Positions 33,992-42,509 of a stretch of DNA of 64,000 nucleotides are shown here, one piece after another (within the stretch, counting starts at the first letter, position 1; each line of letters starts with the position of its first letter). The notes beneath the pieces are model-generated. The model had not been told where the DNA came from. It did no database searches and saw nothing but the letters and a program-made list of their open reading frames with translations. The position numbers were made by a program, and so were the translations under genes. The DNA comes from an uncultured Rhabdothermincola sp. (GTDB taxonomy: Bacteria; Actinomycetota; Acidimicrobiia; Acidimicrobiales; Acidimicrobilacustridaceae), in the NCBI GenBank assembly GCA_964530525.1, contig CAZHBH010000003.1:1002-65001 (forward strand). Reading direction: 5' to 3'.

Positions 33992-34063
33992 CGCCCCCGC
34001 CAGGATTCGAACCTGGGCACACGGTTTAGGAAACCGATGCTCTATCCCCTGAGCTACGAGGGC
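33992..34063 (-). tRNA. tRNA-Arg (anticodon CCU)
   Basis: The reverse complement folds by hand. Acceptor GCCCTCG/CGGGGGC, D arm GCTC-AGGGGATA-GAGC, anticodon loop TTCCTAA, T arm CCAGG-TTCGAAT-CCTGG, discriminator G. Length 72 nt. CCA is not encoded; the next bases are CAG. Confidence 0.9.
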
Positions 34064-34238
34064 GGGGCCTCGGATCTTACCCTCGAAGGCCCACGTGGCC
34101 GCAGTGGCGTGACCACGCCGGATGTCCGACCCATGCCTTGAGCGAATCCCGTGGTTGCCCGAGAGTTGGCGAACGACGCGTCTTGAAGGTCATCGTGACC
34201 GACGGCGCAGACATCGAAGCCAGGTGTACAGCGAACTA

Positions 34239-34303
34239 TTCAACCAAGTAGTTGACAAGCCGCCAGTGGGCTCGTACGTTTAGCTCAACCAAGGAGTTGA
34301 ACA
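34239..34303 (+). promoter_or_regulatory. two copies of a TCAAC-N6-GTTGA palindrome (candidate ArsR-family operators)
   Basis: TCAACCAAGTAGTTGA at 34240-55 and TCAACCAAGGAGTTGA at 34285-300, just upstream of the probable ArsR start. Confidence 0.45.
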
Positions 34304-34308
34304 AGCCT

Positions 34309-34740
34309 GTGTCCGTTCCCGACGACCAACTGTCCCGGATCTTCGCCGCCCTGGCCGATCCGACGAGGAGGGACATCGTGTCGCGCCTCGCGGTGGGTGA
34401 CGCCACGGTGGGAGAGCTCGCCAGTCCCTATGACGTGTCGCTGCAAGCGGTGTCGAAGCACATCAGGGTGCTCGCCGACGCCGGCCTGGTGAGCCAGAGC
34501 AAGGATGCCCAGAGGCGGCCGTGCCACCTGGAGGCCGAGGTCTTCGACCTGATGACCAAGTGGATCGAGCGGTACAGGCAGCAGGCCCAGGAGCGCTACG
34601 AGCGCCTCGACGCCGTCCTCGCCGAGATGCAGGACGGCGATCTGCCAGCGTCCGAGTCCGAGTCCGAGTCCGAGTCCGAGTCCGAGTCCGAGTCCGAGTC
34701 CGAGTCCGAACACCTACGACAGCAAGGAGCCGCATCATGA
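34309..34740 (+). CDS. ArsR/SmtB-family transcriptional regulator with C-terminal (Ser-Glu)10 tail
   Basis: LSRIFAALADPTRRDIVSRLAVGDATVGELASPYDVSLQAVSKHIRVLADAGLV is a canonical ArsR wHTH. GTG 34309 is preferred to the track start at 34252. The stop overlaps the next start (ATGA). Confidence 0.8.
   Translation: MSVPDDQLSRIFAALADPTRRDIVSRLAVGDATVGELASPYDVSLQAVSKHIRVLADAGLVSQSKDAQRRPCHLEAEVFDLMTKWIERYRQQAQERYERLDAVLAEMQDGDLPASESESESESESESESESESEHLRQQGAAS
34651..34710 (+). repeat. coding hexanucleotide microsatellite (TCCGAG)9 + TCCGAA
   Basis: Ten tandem 6-nt units read directly from the sequence. They encode SESESESESESESESESESE. Confidence 0.95.
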
Positions 34741-35222
34741 ACCCCGCAACCCCCCGATACCAGGCATCGATCGAAACCGACCCCGACGTGCCCATCATCC
34801 ACCTCACCCGCGACTTCGACGCCACGCCGGCCCAGCTAATGCGGGCTCACACCGATCCCGAGCTCTTCGCGCGCTGGGTGGGGCCCGATGGCATGACCAA
34901 CAGGATCCTCGAATGGGAAGCCGTCACGGGCGGCCGCTGGCGCTACGTCGCCGAGCACGACGGTGCCGAGTACGGCTTCCACGGCTGCTTCCACGAGGTC
35001 TCCGACGATCGGATCGTTCAGACCTTCACCTTCGACGGCCAGCCCGAGGGAGTCGCGCTGGAGACCCTGTGGTTCGAGGACCTGGGGGATGGCCGCAGCC
35101 GCCTCCACGCCCAGTCGCTGGTCGACAGCTTCGAGGCGCGCGACCAGTGGCTCGCCAGCGGCATGGAGACCGGGGTGGACCAGGGCTACGCGAAGCTCGA
35201 CGCGCTGGTTGCCGAGATCTGA
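34737..35222 (+). CDS. SRPBCC-superfamily protein (Aha1/AHSA1-like domain)
   Basis: PELFARWVGPDGMTNRILEWEAVTGGRWRY...HGCFHEVSDDRIVQTFTFDG is the typical activator-of-Hsp90-ATPase-homologue-like fold family that often follows ArsR regulators. Confidence 0.75.
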   Translation: MNPATPRYQASIETDPDVPIIHLTRDFDATPAQLMRAHTDPELFARWVGPDGMTNRILEWEAVTGGRWRYVAEHDGAEYGFHGCFHEVSDDRIVQTFTFDGQPEGVALETLWFEDLGDGRSRLHAQSLVDSFEARDQWLASGMETGVDQGYAKLDALVAEI

Positions 35223-35776
35223 TGCACGACCCGGCAGACGAGCACCGCCGCGTCGCAGCGGCCTTCACCGCGACCGTCGAGGTCACCTCCGCGGCGGCGT
35301 GGGACCACCCCGCGCCGCCGGAGGGCTGGGTCGCCCGTGACGTGGTGCGCCACCTCGTCGAGTGGTTCCCGGAGCTCCTCCGGCGCTCCACGGGCATCGC
35401 GATCCCCACGGGCCCGTCGGTCGACGACGACCCCGTCGCCGCCTGGCGCGCCCACTGCGACGCCGTGCAGGCGTTGCTCGACGACCCGGAGGTCGCCGGT
35501 GCGGAGCACGACCTCCCCCACATCGGCACCATGACCCTCGGTAGGGCCATCGACACGATCTACACCAGCGACGTGTTCCTCCATCGCTGGGATCTCGCCA
35601 GGGCAACCGGCCAGGACGAGACGCTCGACCCCGACAAGTGCGCCGAGTTGTTGGAAGGCATGTTGCCCATGGACGAGGCGCTTCGTCAGAGCGGCCACTA
35701 CGGACCCCGCGTCGAGGTGCCCGACGAGGCCGACGTCCAGACCAGACTCCTGGCGTTCATCGGCCGAACGCCCTAG
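35222..35776 (+). CDS. DinB-superfamily / TIGR03086-like (mycothiol maleylpyruvate isomerase N-terminal domain) protein
   Basis: From the ATG at 35222 (TGATG overlap): WDHPAPPEGWVARDVVRHLVEW ... TSDVFLHRWDLARATGQD, typical of this actinobacterial family. Confidence 0.65.
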   Translation: MHDPADEHRRVAAAFTATVEVTSAAAWDHPAPPEGWVARDVVRHLVEWFPELLRRSTGIAIPTGPSVDDDPVAAWRAHCDAVQALLDDPEVAGAEHDLPHIGTMTLGRAIDTIYTSDVFLHRWDLARATGQDETLDPDKCAELLEGMLPMDEALRQSGHYGPRVEVPDEADVQTRLLAFIGRTP

Positions 35777-35799
35777 GACGTCCTCCTGCACCGGGAAGG

Positions 35800-36564
35800 T
35801 CAGGTGTGGACGACCTCTGGTGGGCCGAAGCGCGCCGTCATGTGCGTCGTGGCCGTCGTCATGAGGGCTCGCTTGGGCAGGCCCAGAGAACGGAGCTCGT
35901 CGGCCACCGGGTGGCGGCTCCCCAGCTCCAACGTGGTGCCCCCCAGCGTTGCGCGCATGCCCTCGCTACGAGTGGTCCAGCGCGTCTTGCGCAGCACGCC
36001 ACCTCCGCCCGGGGCATCCGTGTCGAACGAGTAGGAGGTCATCTCCATGTCGTTGGCCGGCAGCGGCACCGGCCCGCGGCGCGACTCCAGCGCCACGATC
36101 AGCTCGCCGTCGTCGACCACCCGGCAACGGGTTCGCCCTCCAGCCCGGGAGTAGTCGATGTCGCAGATCCACTTGGGAAAGCCCCAGAGGCCCTTGCCGA
36201 CCTCGCAGGTGAAGCTCTGGTTCACGGGAAGGCGGTGGATGTACGACACCGGGGCCTTCATCGAGGGCTTGGTCCCTGGCGGAGCATCGTGGGGCTCCAC
36301 CACGAACGCCACCGCGAGCTCGTGGTAGGGGCCAAGGTCGTTGTCGGTGTACTGCACCGCTGAGATGGCGCAGATGGCCTTGCCACCGATCTGACGGGCG
36401 ATCCTCAACCCGGTGGGCTCGACCAGGCGCTGAGCGGCGTCCGCGGACACGAGGAACTGCGCAGCGACCATCGAGGCGGAGCGCACCTCCACCGGGATGG
36501 TCACCTTCTCGCCGGCCACCTCGAAGAACGCGTCCTGTGTCGGTGTGATCACGTCTACTCCCAC
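35800..36564 (-). CDS. acetoacetate decarboxylase-family protein
   Basis: ICAISAVQYTDNDLGPYHELAVAFVVEP ... YIHRLPVNQSFTCEVGKGLWGFPK resembles the ADC family. GTG 36564 was chosen. The longer track ORF (to 37251) runs antisense through the crotonase gene. Confidence 0.65.
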   Translation of the reverse strand: MGVDVITPTQDAFFEVAGEKVTIPVEVRSASMVAAQFLVSADAAQRLVEPTGLRIARQIGGKAICAISAVQYTDNDLGPYHELAVAFVVEPHDAPPGTKPSMKAPVSYIHRLPVNQSFTCEVGKGLWGFPKWICDIDYSRAGGRTRCRVVDDGELIVALESRRGPVPLPANDMEMTSYSFDTDAPGGGGVLRKTRWTTRSEGMRATLGGTTLELGSRHPVADELRSLGLPKRALMTTATTHMTARFGPPEVVHT

Positions 36565-36657
36565 ATGGCGAGAGTACCCCTCCAGCCTGGGTGCGGCCTT
36601 GGGGGAGGGGAAGGAGCGGGGTGGAAGCGAACTAGAACGCGTTCTAGTGTTCCGGCC

Positions 36658-37491
36658 ATGGCAGAGCAGAACGAGAGCAGAGAGCCGCGCTCTGGCGAAC
36701 AGGAGCCACACCTCCTGTTCGAGAGGCAGGACCACACGGCGATCGTCACCCTCAACCGTCCGGCCAAGCGCAACGCCCTGAGCAGCGAGATGCTCGTGCG
36801 GATGCACGATGCTTGGCAGGAGATCGACTCCAACCCCGACATCAGGGTGGCCGTGGTGACCGGCGCCGGTGGGAACTTCTGCTCCGGTGCCGACCTGAAG
36901 GCCATGGCGGCGGGACATCCAGACGACGAGTACACCAAGCGCTTCGCCACCGACAAGGACCTGCACTGGAAGGCGCTCCTGCGGCACTTCATCCCCGGCA
37001 AGCCCATGATCGCTGCCGTAGAGGGCTACGCCGTGGCCGGAGGCACCGAGATCCTGCAGGCCTTCGACATCCGCGTGGCAGGCGAGGGCGCCCAGTTCGG
37101 CGTCGCCGAGGTGCGCCGGGGCCTGTTCCCGCTGGGGGGCTCGACGGTGCGCCTCTCCCGCCAGATCCCCTACACGGTTGCCGCCGAGCTCCTGCTCACC
37201 GGCAAGTTCATCCCGGCTTCCGAGGCGAAGGACGTCGGTCTGATCGGTCACGTCGTGCCCGACGGCCAGGCCCTGGCCAAGGCACTCGAGATCGCACAGC
37301 AGATCTCGGAGAACGGCCCGTTGGCGGTGCAGGCGGTGCTCAAGTCGATGCGGATGACCCGCGAGATGCCCGAGAAGATCGGCCTGGCCTACGAGCTCGA
37401 GGTGGGCGGACCGATCTTCCTCACCGAGGACGCCATGGAAGGTCCGCTGGCCTTCTCGGAGAAGCGCAAGCCCAACTACAAGGGCAAGTAG
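36658..37491 (+). CDS. enoyl-CoA hydratase/isomerase (crotonase) family protein
   Basis: AIVTLNRPAKRNALS, VVTGAGGNFCSGADLK and AAVEGYAVAGGTEILQAFDIRVA are crotonase oxyanion-hole motifs. Confidence 0.85.
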   Translation: MAEQNESREPRSGEQEPHLLFERQDHTAIVTLNRPAKRNALSSEMLVRMHDAWQEIDSNPDIRVAVVTGAGGNFCSGADLKAMAAGHPDDEYTKRFATDKDLHWKALLRHFIPGKPMIAAVEGYAVAGGTEILQAFDIRVAGEGAQFGVAEVRRGLFPLGGSTVRLSRQIPYTVAAELLLTGKFIPASEAKDVGLIGHVVPDGQALAKALEIAQQISENGPLAVQAVLKSMRMTREMPEKIGLAYELEVGGPIFLTEDAMEGPLAFSEKRKPNYKGK

Positions 37492-37515
37492 CCGCCCACG
37501 CCCCCGGTGGCCGGC

Positions 37516-37842
37516 CTAGCGGCCTGGCCGCTGGGCTCTGGGATCCTCCCCGAGCGTGCGAGCCGTCGCCTGCTCGCGTCGGCGCTGGAGCTCTTGTCGC
37601 AGCACTCGCTGCTCCTCTTGGGTTCGCGCCGCAGCCGGCTGCCGCGGTGCCGGTGCGGGCAGGCCCAGTCTCGTCCTGAGGTGCGAACCCATGGGATGGG
37701 TGAGCCTGAGCACGGCAGTCACGGCTGCCGCGCCGAGCAAGAAGAGCACGAGCCCCCCCAGCCGCGACCAGACCAGGAAGAGGAACACGCCGACCACCAG
37801 GACAGAGCCGTATGCGGCAAGGGCCTTCTGCTCGCGGGTCAC
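37516..37842 (-). CDS. possible small membrane protein
   Basis: 108-aa ORF with two hydrophobic helices followed by an Arg/Gln-rich tail. No homology recognised. In high-GC DNA this could be a spurious ORF. Confidence 0.35.
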   Translation of the reverse strand: MTREQKALAAYGSVLVVGVFLFLVWSRLGGLVLFLLGAAAVTAVLRLTHPMGSHLRTRLGLPAPAPRQPAAARTQEEQRVLRQELQRRREQATARTLGEDPRAQRPGR

Positions 37843-37922
37843 GACGCAACGATAGGCGCTGAGACGAGGGGAGGTGGGCGTGCGAGGAGGACGTTCCGCG
37901 TCCCCCTCGCAGCCTTGAGTCG

Positions 37923-39371
37923 CTACCCGTCGTAGTCGGCGGGAAGGAGGATCGACTGGTCCTCCAGGTAGGCGGCAAGACCCTCGGGGCCCAGCTCGCG
38001 GCCCACGCCGGAGGACTTGAAACCTCCGAAGGGCGAGCCGAACTCCATGCCCAGCGCGTTAACCGCGTACGTGCCGGTGCGCACCTGCTTGGCCACCTCG
38101 ATGCCGTGATCGGTGTCGGCCGTGTACACCGACCCGGACAGCCCGTAGTCGGAGTCGTTTGCGATGGCGATGGCCTCTGCCTCGTCGTCGTAGGGGATGA
38201 GGGAGAGGACTGGGCCGAAGATCTCCTCCTGCGCGATGGTCATCGAGTTGTCGACGTCGGCGAAAAGCGTCGGCTCCACGTACCAGCCCCGGTCGAAGCC
38301 GGCAGGCCTGCCGCCTCCCACCACCAAGGTGGCGCCCTCGTCGCGGCCCTTCGCGATGTAGCCCTCCACCCGGTCGCGCTGGCGCTCCGCCACGAGTGGT
38401 CCGCACTCCGTCTCGGGATCGAGGGGATCGCCCACCTTGAAGTGGGCCACCTTTTCGGCCAGGGCGTCACGGATCTCGTCGTATCGGCTGCGCGGAGCGA
38501 GGATCCTCGTCTGGGCGACGCACGCCTGACCGTTGTTCATGAGGGCGAACGGGATCAGGTTGCCCCAGGTCTCCTCGAGGTTTACGTCGTCGAGAAGGAT
38601 CGCAGCAGACTTGCCACCCAGCTCGAGGGTGACCCGCTTGAGCTGCTCGCCGCAGATGGCGCCGATCTTGCGGCCTGCGGCGGTGCTGCCGGTGAAGCCC
38701 ACCTTGTCGACCCCGGGGTGGCGCACCAGGTGCTCTCCCACCTCGCGGCCGGCTGGCACGATGTTCACCACGCCGGGCGGCAGGCCCACCTCCTGGATGA
38801 CCTCGGCGAGCAGGTACGAGTCGAGAGGCGTCTCCGGGGCGGGCTTGATCACGATGGTGCTGCCCGAGGCCAGGGCAGGACCCAGCTTGAGGACGGTGAT
38901 GAACAGCGGCACGTTCCACGGGATGATCCCTGCGGCCACGCCCACCGGCGTGCGGCGAACCAGGGTCGGTCCCAGCAAGCCGGTGCGGCGCTCCTCGAAG
39001 GGGAAGTCGGGAGTGATCCCGGCGAAGAAGTCGAGGACGGCCGTAGCGGCGTACACCTGGCCCATCTGCGAGAAGGTGAACGGCGCCCCGTTCTCGTTGG
39101 TGATGAGAGTGGCGAACTCGTCCATCCTGCCCATGATCGAGGCCGAGATGGCGGCGATGACGTCTGCCCGCTCCTTGGGGCTCGTCTGCGGCCACGGGCC
39201 GTTGTCGAAGGCCTCACGGGCCGCCGCCACGGCGCGGTCCATGTCGGCCGGGGTGGACTCGGGCACCCGACCGACGATCTCCTCCGTTGCCGGGGAGATC
39301 ACGTCGAGCGTGCCGGTACCCGCCGGGTCGACCCACTCACCGCCGATGAAGAACTTGTCGTAGGCCTGCAC
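37923..39371 (-). CDS. NAD(P)-dependent aldehyde dehydrogenase
   Basis: 482-aa ORF with GIIPWNVPL, FTGSTAAGRKI, ELGGKSAAI (catalytic Glu), NNGQACVAQTR (catalytic Cys) and EEIFGPV. Confidence 0.9.
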   Translation of the reverse strand: MQAYDKFFIGGEWVDPAGTGTLDVISPATEEIVGRVPESTPADMDRAVAAAREAFDNGPWPQTSPKERADVIAAISASIMGRMDEFATLITNENGAPFTFSQMGQVYAATAVLDFFAGITPDFPFEERRTGLLGPTLVRRTPVGVAAGIIPWNVPLFITVLKLGPALASGSTIVIKPAPETPLDSYLLAEVIQEVGLPPGVVNIVPAGREVGEHLVRHPGVDKVGFTGSTAAGRKIGAICGEQLKRVTLELGGKSAAILLDDVNLEETWGNLIPFALMNNGQACVAQTRILAPRSRYDEIRDALAEKVAHFKVGDPLDPETECGPLVAERQRDRVEGYIAKGRDEGATLVVGGGRPAGFDRGWYVEPTLFADVDNSMTIAQEEIFGPVLSLIPYDDEAEAIAIANDSDYGLSGSVYTADTDHGIEVAKQVRTGTYAVNALGMEFGSPFGGFKSSGVGRELGPEGLAAYLEDQSILLPADYDG

Positions 39372-39454
39372 TTCGTGGACCCCCTAGTGGTCTGTTCGTC
39401 TCGCTTGATTCCTTGTACTTCGATCTAACGGGCCCATGGCCCGGGCCGGGAGGC

Positions 39455-41104
39455 TCAGCTGTGCCCCGCGCCCACCTCGGCGCCCGAGCTCTCGGCGATG
39501 CCCTTGGCCCAGCGGTAGTCGGGCTTGCCGGCCGGGGAGCGGGCGATCTCGTCCACCAGGTGCAGCTGGCGCGGCACCTTGTAACCCGCGATGTGGTTCC
39601 GGCAGTGGGCGTCCAAGTCGTCCAGGCTAGGGGAAGCCCCCTGCCTCGGCTGGACGATGGCTGCGACTCGGTGGCCCCAGCGCTCGTCCGGCACGCCGAT
39701 GACGACGGCGTCGAACACGTCGGGGTGGGCCTTGAGGGCCTGCTCGACCTCTTCGGGGTAGACCTTCTCGCCCCCGGTGTTGATGCACACCGATCCCCGC
39801 CCCAGCAGCGTGATCGAACCGTCCGCCTCCACCGTGGCGAAGTCGCCCGGCATCGAGTAGCGGCGGCCGTCGGCGCCGGTGACGAAGACCTCCTTCGTCT
39901 TGGCCTCGTCCTTGTAGTAGCCGATGGGGATGTTGCCGCCCCTGGCGACCTTGCCCACGACGCCCGATCCGGGCTCCACCGGCTTCAGGTCGTCGTCGAG
40001 CACGACCGTGTCCCTCCCGGGCTGCACGGTGGGGCCGCCGCCCTTCATGGCCGTGTTGCCCTTGCCAACGGTGACGAGCCCGTTGAACCCGCTCTCGGTC
40101 GCGCCGATGGAGTCGGTGATCACGAGGTTGGGGAAGCGCTCGAGGAAGCGCTCCTTCACGACGGGCGAGAACACCGCCGCGCTGGAGCTGAGGCTGAGCA
40201 CGCACGAGAGGTCCAGCTGCTCGCCCTCGGCCTCCATCTTCTCCAGGGCCTCGATGAGGGGGCGGCCGATGGCGTCGCCGGCTATGAGCATGGAGTTCAC
40301 CCTGTGCTCGTCCACCTGGCGCCACACGTCTGCCCCGTCGAACTTGCGGATCAGCACGTTCACGTTGCCCTGGAAGAGCTGCATCATCGTGCTCACGAAG
40401 GCCGCGCCGTGCATCAGCGGCGGGATGTTCATGAAGATCAGCTGTCCCGGGGACGCAGCGGCTGCCCGCGACTGCTCCCACTCGCTCGACACGGGCTCGC
40501 GCGTGAACGGGTCGATGCCGCCCGCCAGGGCGAAGAAGATGTCCTCGCTCCTCCACATCACGCCCTTGGGCATCCCCGTGGTGCCGCCGGTGTAGATGAT
40601 GACGATGTCGTCCGCCGACCGCTCCGGGAAGTCACGCTCGGGCGAGCCCGACGCCATCGCCGCCTCGTAGTCGACGTGCTCCAGGCCCTCCTGGTCGGTG
40701 CCCAGCCCCCGGTCCATCTTCACGGCGTGGCTCAGCAGGGGGAGGGAGTCGGCGATGGGGGCGATGCGGGGCCCGTACTCCTCCTCGTACACGACCGCCT
40801 TCAGGTCGGCGTTGTCGAACAGGTAGCGCAGCTCGTCGGTGACGTAGCGGTAGTTGATGTTGATGGGAACCGCCCGCAGCTTGAAGCAGGCGATCATGGT
40901 CTCGACCCACTCGACGCTGTTGGGTCCGTAGACGCCGACGTGGTCGCCGTGGCCTATCCCGTGCTCGGCCAGGTGGTGTGCCAGGCGGTTCGAGCGCTCC
41001 TCTAGCTCGGCGAAGGTGCGCCGGTCGGAGCCGCATATGAGGGCCGTGCGGTCGGGGATCACGTCGACGACGTGCTCGAACATGTCTGCCACCTGATACG
41101 CCAT
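39455..41104 (-). CDS. acyl-CoA synthetase / AMP-dependent ligase
   Basis: IIYTGGTTGMPKGV (AMP-binding P-loop), GYYKDEAKT, and INTGGEKVYPEEVE are present. The ATG at 41104 (MAYQVADMFEH) is preferred to the longer track ORF. Confidence 0.9.
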   Translation of the reverse strand: MAYQVADMFEHVVDVIPDRTALICGSDRRTFAELEERSNRLAHHLAEHGIGHGDHVGVYGPNSVEWVETMIACFKLRAVPININYRYVTDELRYLFDNADLKAVVYEEEYGPRIAPIADSLPLLSHAVKMDRGLGTDQEGLEHVDYEAAMASGSPERDFPERSADDIVIIYTGGTTGMPKGVMWRSEDIFFALAGGIDPFTREPVSSEWEQSRAAAASPGQLIFMNIPPLMHGAAFVSTMMQLFQGNVNVLIRKFDGADVWRQVDEHRVNSMLIAGDAIGRPLIEALEKMEAEGEQLDLSCVLSLSSSAAVFSPVVKERFLERFPNLVITDSIGATESGFNGLVTVGKGNTAMKGGGPTVQPGRDTVVLDDDLKPVEPGSGVVGKVARGGNIPIGYYKDEAKTKEVFVTGADGRRYSMPGDFATVEADGSITLLGRGSVCINTGGEKVYPEEVEQALKAHPDVFDAVVIGVPDERWGHRVAAIVQPRQGASPSLDDLDAHCRNHIAGYKVPRQLHLVDEIARSPAGKPDYRWAKGIAESSGAEVGAGHS

Positions 41105-41147
41105 CCGCCTAGTAGAACACGTTGCAAACCGTCCTTCAAACGCTCGT

Positions 41148-42449
41148 TTGGTGGTCTGGCAGACTTGTTGCGTGGTCTCCTGGTCCTTCCTGGTTGCGAG
41201 CGTCGTCGGAGCGCTGTTCACCTTCAACGCCTACAGGCCCGTCCGCCGGAACCGGGTCCTGTACGTTCCCAGCTTCTTCGCCTCGTGGCTCACCATCGAG
41301 CTCGCCTGGGTGCACGTCGTCTGGCAGCTGGCGGCCACGGGCCTCTTCGTCTGGGCCGGCGCGCTGGAGCGCTGGCCGGGGTGGGTGGGGCTCGGCCTCT
41401 GCGTCGTCAGCTGGGTTGCCCTGGGAGCATCGGTCGTCGCCAGCCGTGCCACCGCCGGGGTGGCGGAACGAGCGCTCCAGGCCCTGGGAGCCGATCCCGT
41501 AGCACCAGAGCCCAGGCAGAAGACCAAGGTCGTCCGGGGCGTCGAGTTCTCCCGGGTGGCGGGCAGGACCCTACGCCTGGACGTTCGGATGCCCGCCGGG
41601 CCCCCGCCCGAAGGCGTGCGCAGGCCGGCGCTCCTGCAGGTCCACGGCGGGGCGTGGATCATCGGGTTCAAGCGGGACCAGGCCAGACCCCTGCTCAAGC
41701 TCATGGCGAGCCACGGATGGGTCACCTTCAACGTCGACTACCGCCTGAGCCCAGGCGCCACCTGGCCCGACCACCTGGTCGACGTGAAGGCAGCGCTGGC
41801 GTGGATCCGCGAGCATGCCGACGAGTACCACGTGGACCCCGGCTTCGTAGCGGTCACGGGTGGGTCGGCGGGAGGTCACCTCACCGCCATGATGGCCCTC
41901 ACCCAGGGCGAGGCCGAGTACCAGCAGGGGTTCGAGGACGCCGACACGTCCGTGCAGGCGGCCGTGCCGCTCTACGGCGTGTACGACTTCACGAACCGCC
42001 AGGGCACCATGGACCCCGAGTTCATCTCCTGGGTGCTGGAGCCCCTGGTCATGAAGCGCTTCTTGGCCGACGAGCCCGAGGCGTTCTCCTCGGCCTCTCC
42101 CATCGACAGGGTTCGGGAGGATGCTCCTCCCACGATGGTCGTGCACGGCGACCGCGACACCCTGGCCCCGGTCGAGGATGCCCGCTTGTTCGTGGAGCGC
42201 CTGGCGGACGTCTCGAAGGCTCCGGTGCTCTACTGCGAGCTGCATGGCGCCCAGCACGCCTTCGACACCTTCGGCTCCATCAGGACCCGCCGTGCTGTGA
42301 GGGCGGTGCACCGGTTCCTGTGCGTGGTCCACGACCGCTACCGCAGGGGCGAGGAGGCCGAGGAGATGGATATCTCCGAGGAGTCCATGCCCGACGAGGT
42401 CGTCGCCGTCGACGACCCGGGTGACGTGGAGCGCGCCAGCCGCTCGTAG
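41148..42449 (+). CDS. alpha/beta-hydrolase (esterase/lipase, HGG type) with N-terminal membrane segment
   Basis: LLQVHGGAWIIG (oxyanion HGG), VTGGSAGGHL (GxSxG nucleophile) and VVHGDRDTLAP. Three N-terminal hydrophobic helices. Confidence 0.8.
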   Translation: MVVWQTCCVVSWSFLVASVVGALFTFNAYRPVRRNRVLYVPSFFASWLTIELAWVHVVWQLAATGLFVWAGALERWPGWVGLGLCVVSWVALGASVVASRATAGVAERALQALGADPVAPEPRQKTKVVRGVEFSRVAGRTLRLDVRMPAGPPPEGVRRPALLQVHGGAWIIGFKRDQARPLLKLMASHGWVTFNVDYRLSPGATWPDHLVDVKAALAWIREHADEYHVDPGFVAVTGGSAGGHLTAMMALTQGEAEYQQGFEDADTSVQAAVPLYGVYDFTNRQGTMDPEFISWVLEPLVMKRFLADEPEAFSSASPIDRVREDAPPTMVVHGDRDTLAPVEDARLFVERLADVSKAPVLYCELHGAQHAFDTFGSIRTRRAVRAVHRFLCVVHDRYRRGEEAEEMDISEESMPDEVVAVDDPGDVERASRS

Positions 42450-42509
42450 CCGAGGAAGCTGCTGGCGCACCTCCGAGCCGGAGTCGGAGTCGGGGTCAGC
42501 GAAGGTGCA

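Larger units (their letters stand above)
19224..34039. mobile_element. Element B: ~14.8-kb integrative element / defence island inserted in tRNA-Arg(CCU)
   Basis: 48-nt direct repeats at both ends. The integrase gene starts 130 bp inside the left end and an excisionase-like gene is present. Phased CTCCCCG repeats occur at both ends. GC is lower than in the flanks. The cargo is nuclease, TA, SIR2 and IS genes. Confidence 0.8.

Noticed and set aside
34651-34710. Tandem repeats as a possible CRISPR array. This also covers the repetitive DNA at 57150..57480.
   Set aside because: The units are 6 nt with no spacers, or are imperfect coding repeats inside ORFs. There are no 24-40-nt repeats separated by unique spacers and no cas genes anywhere in the window.
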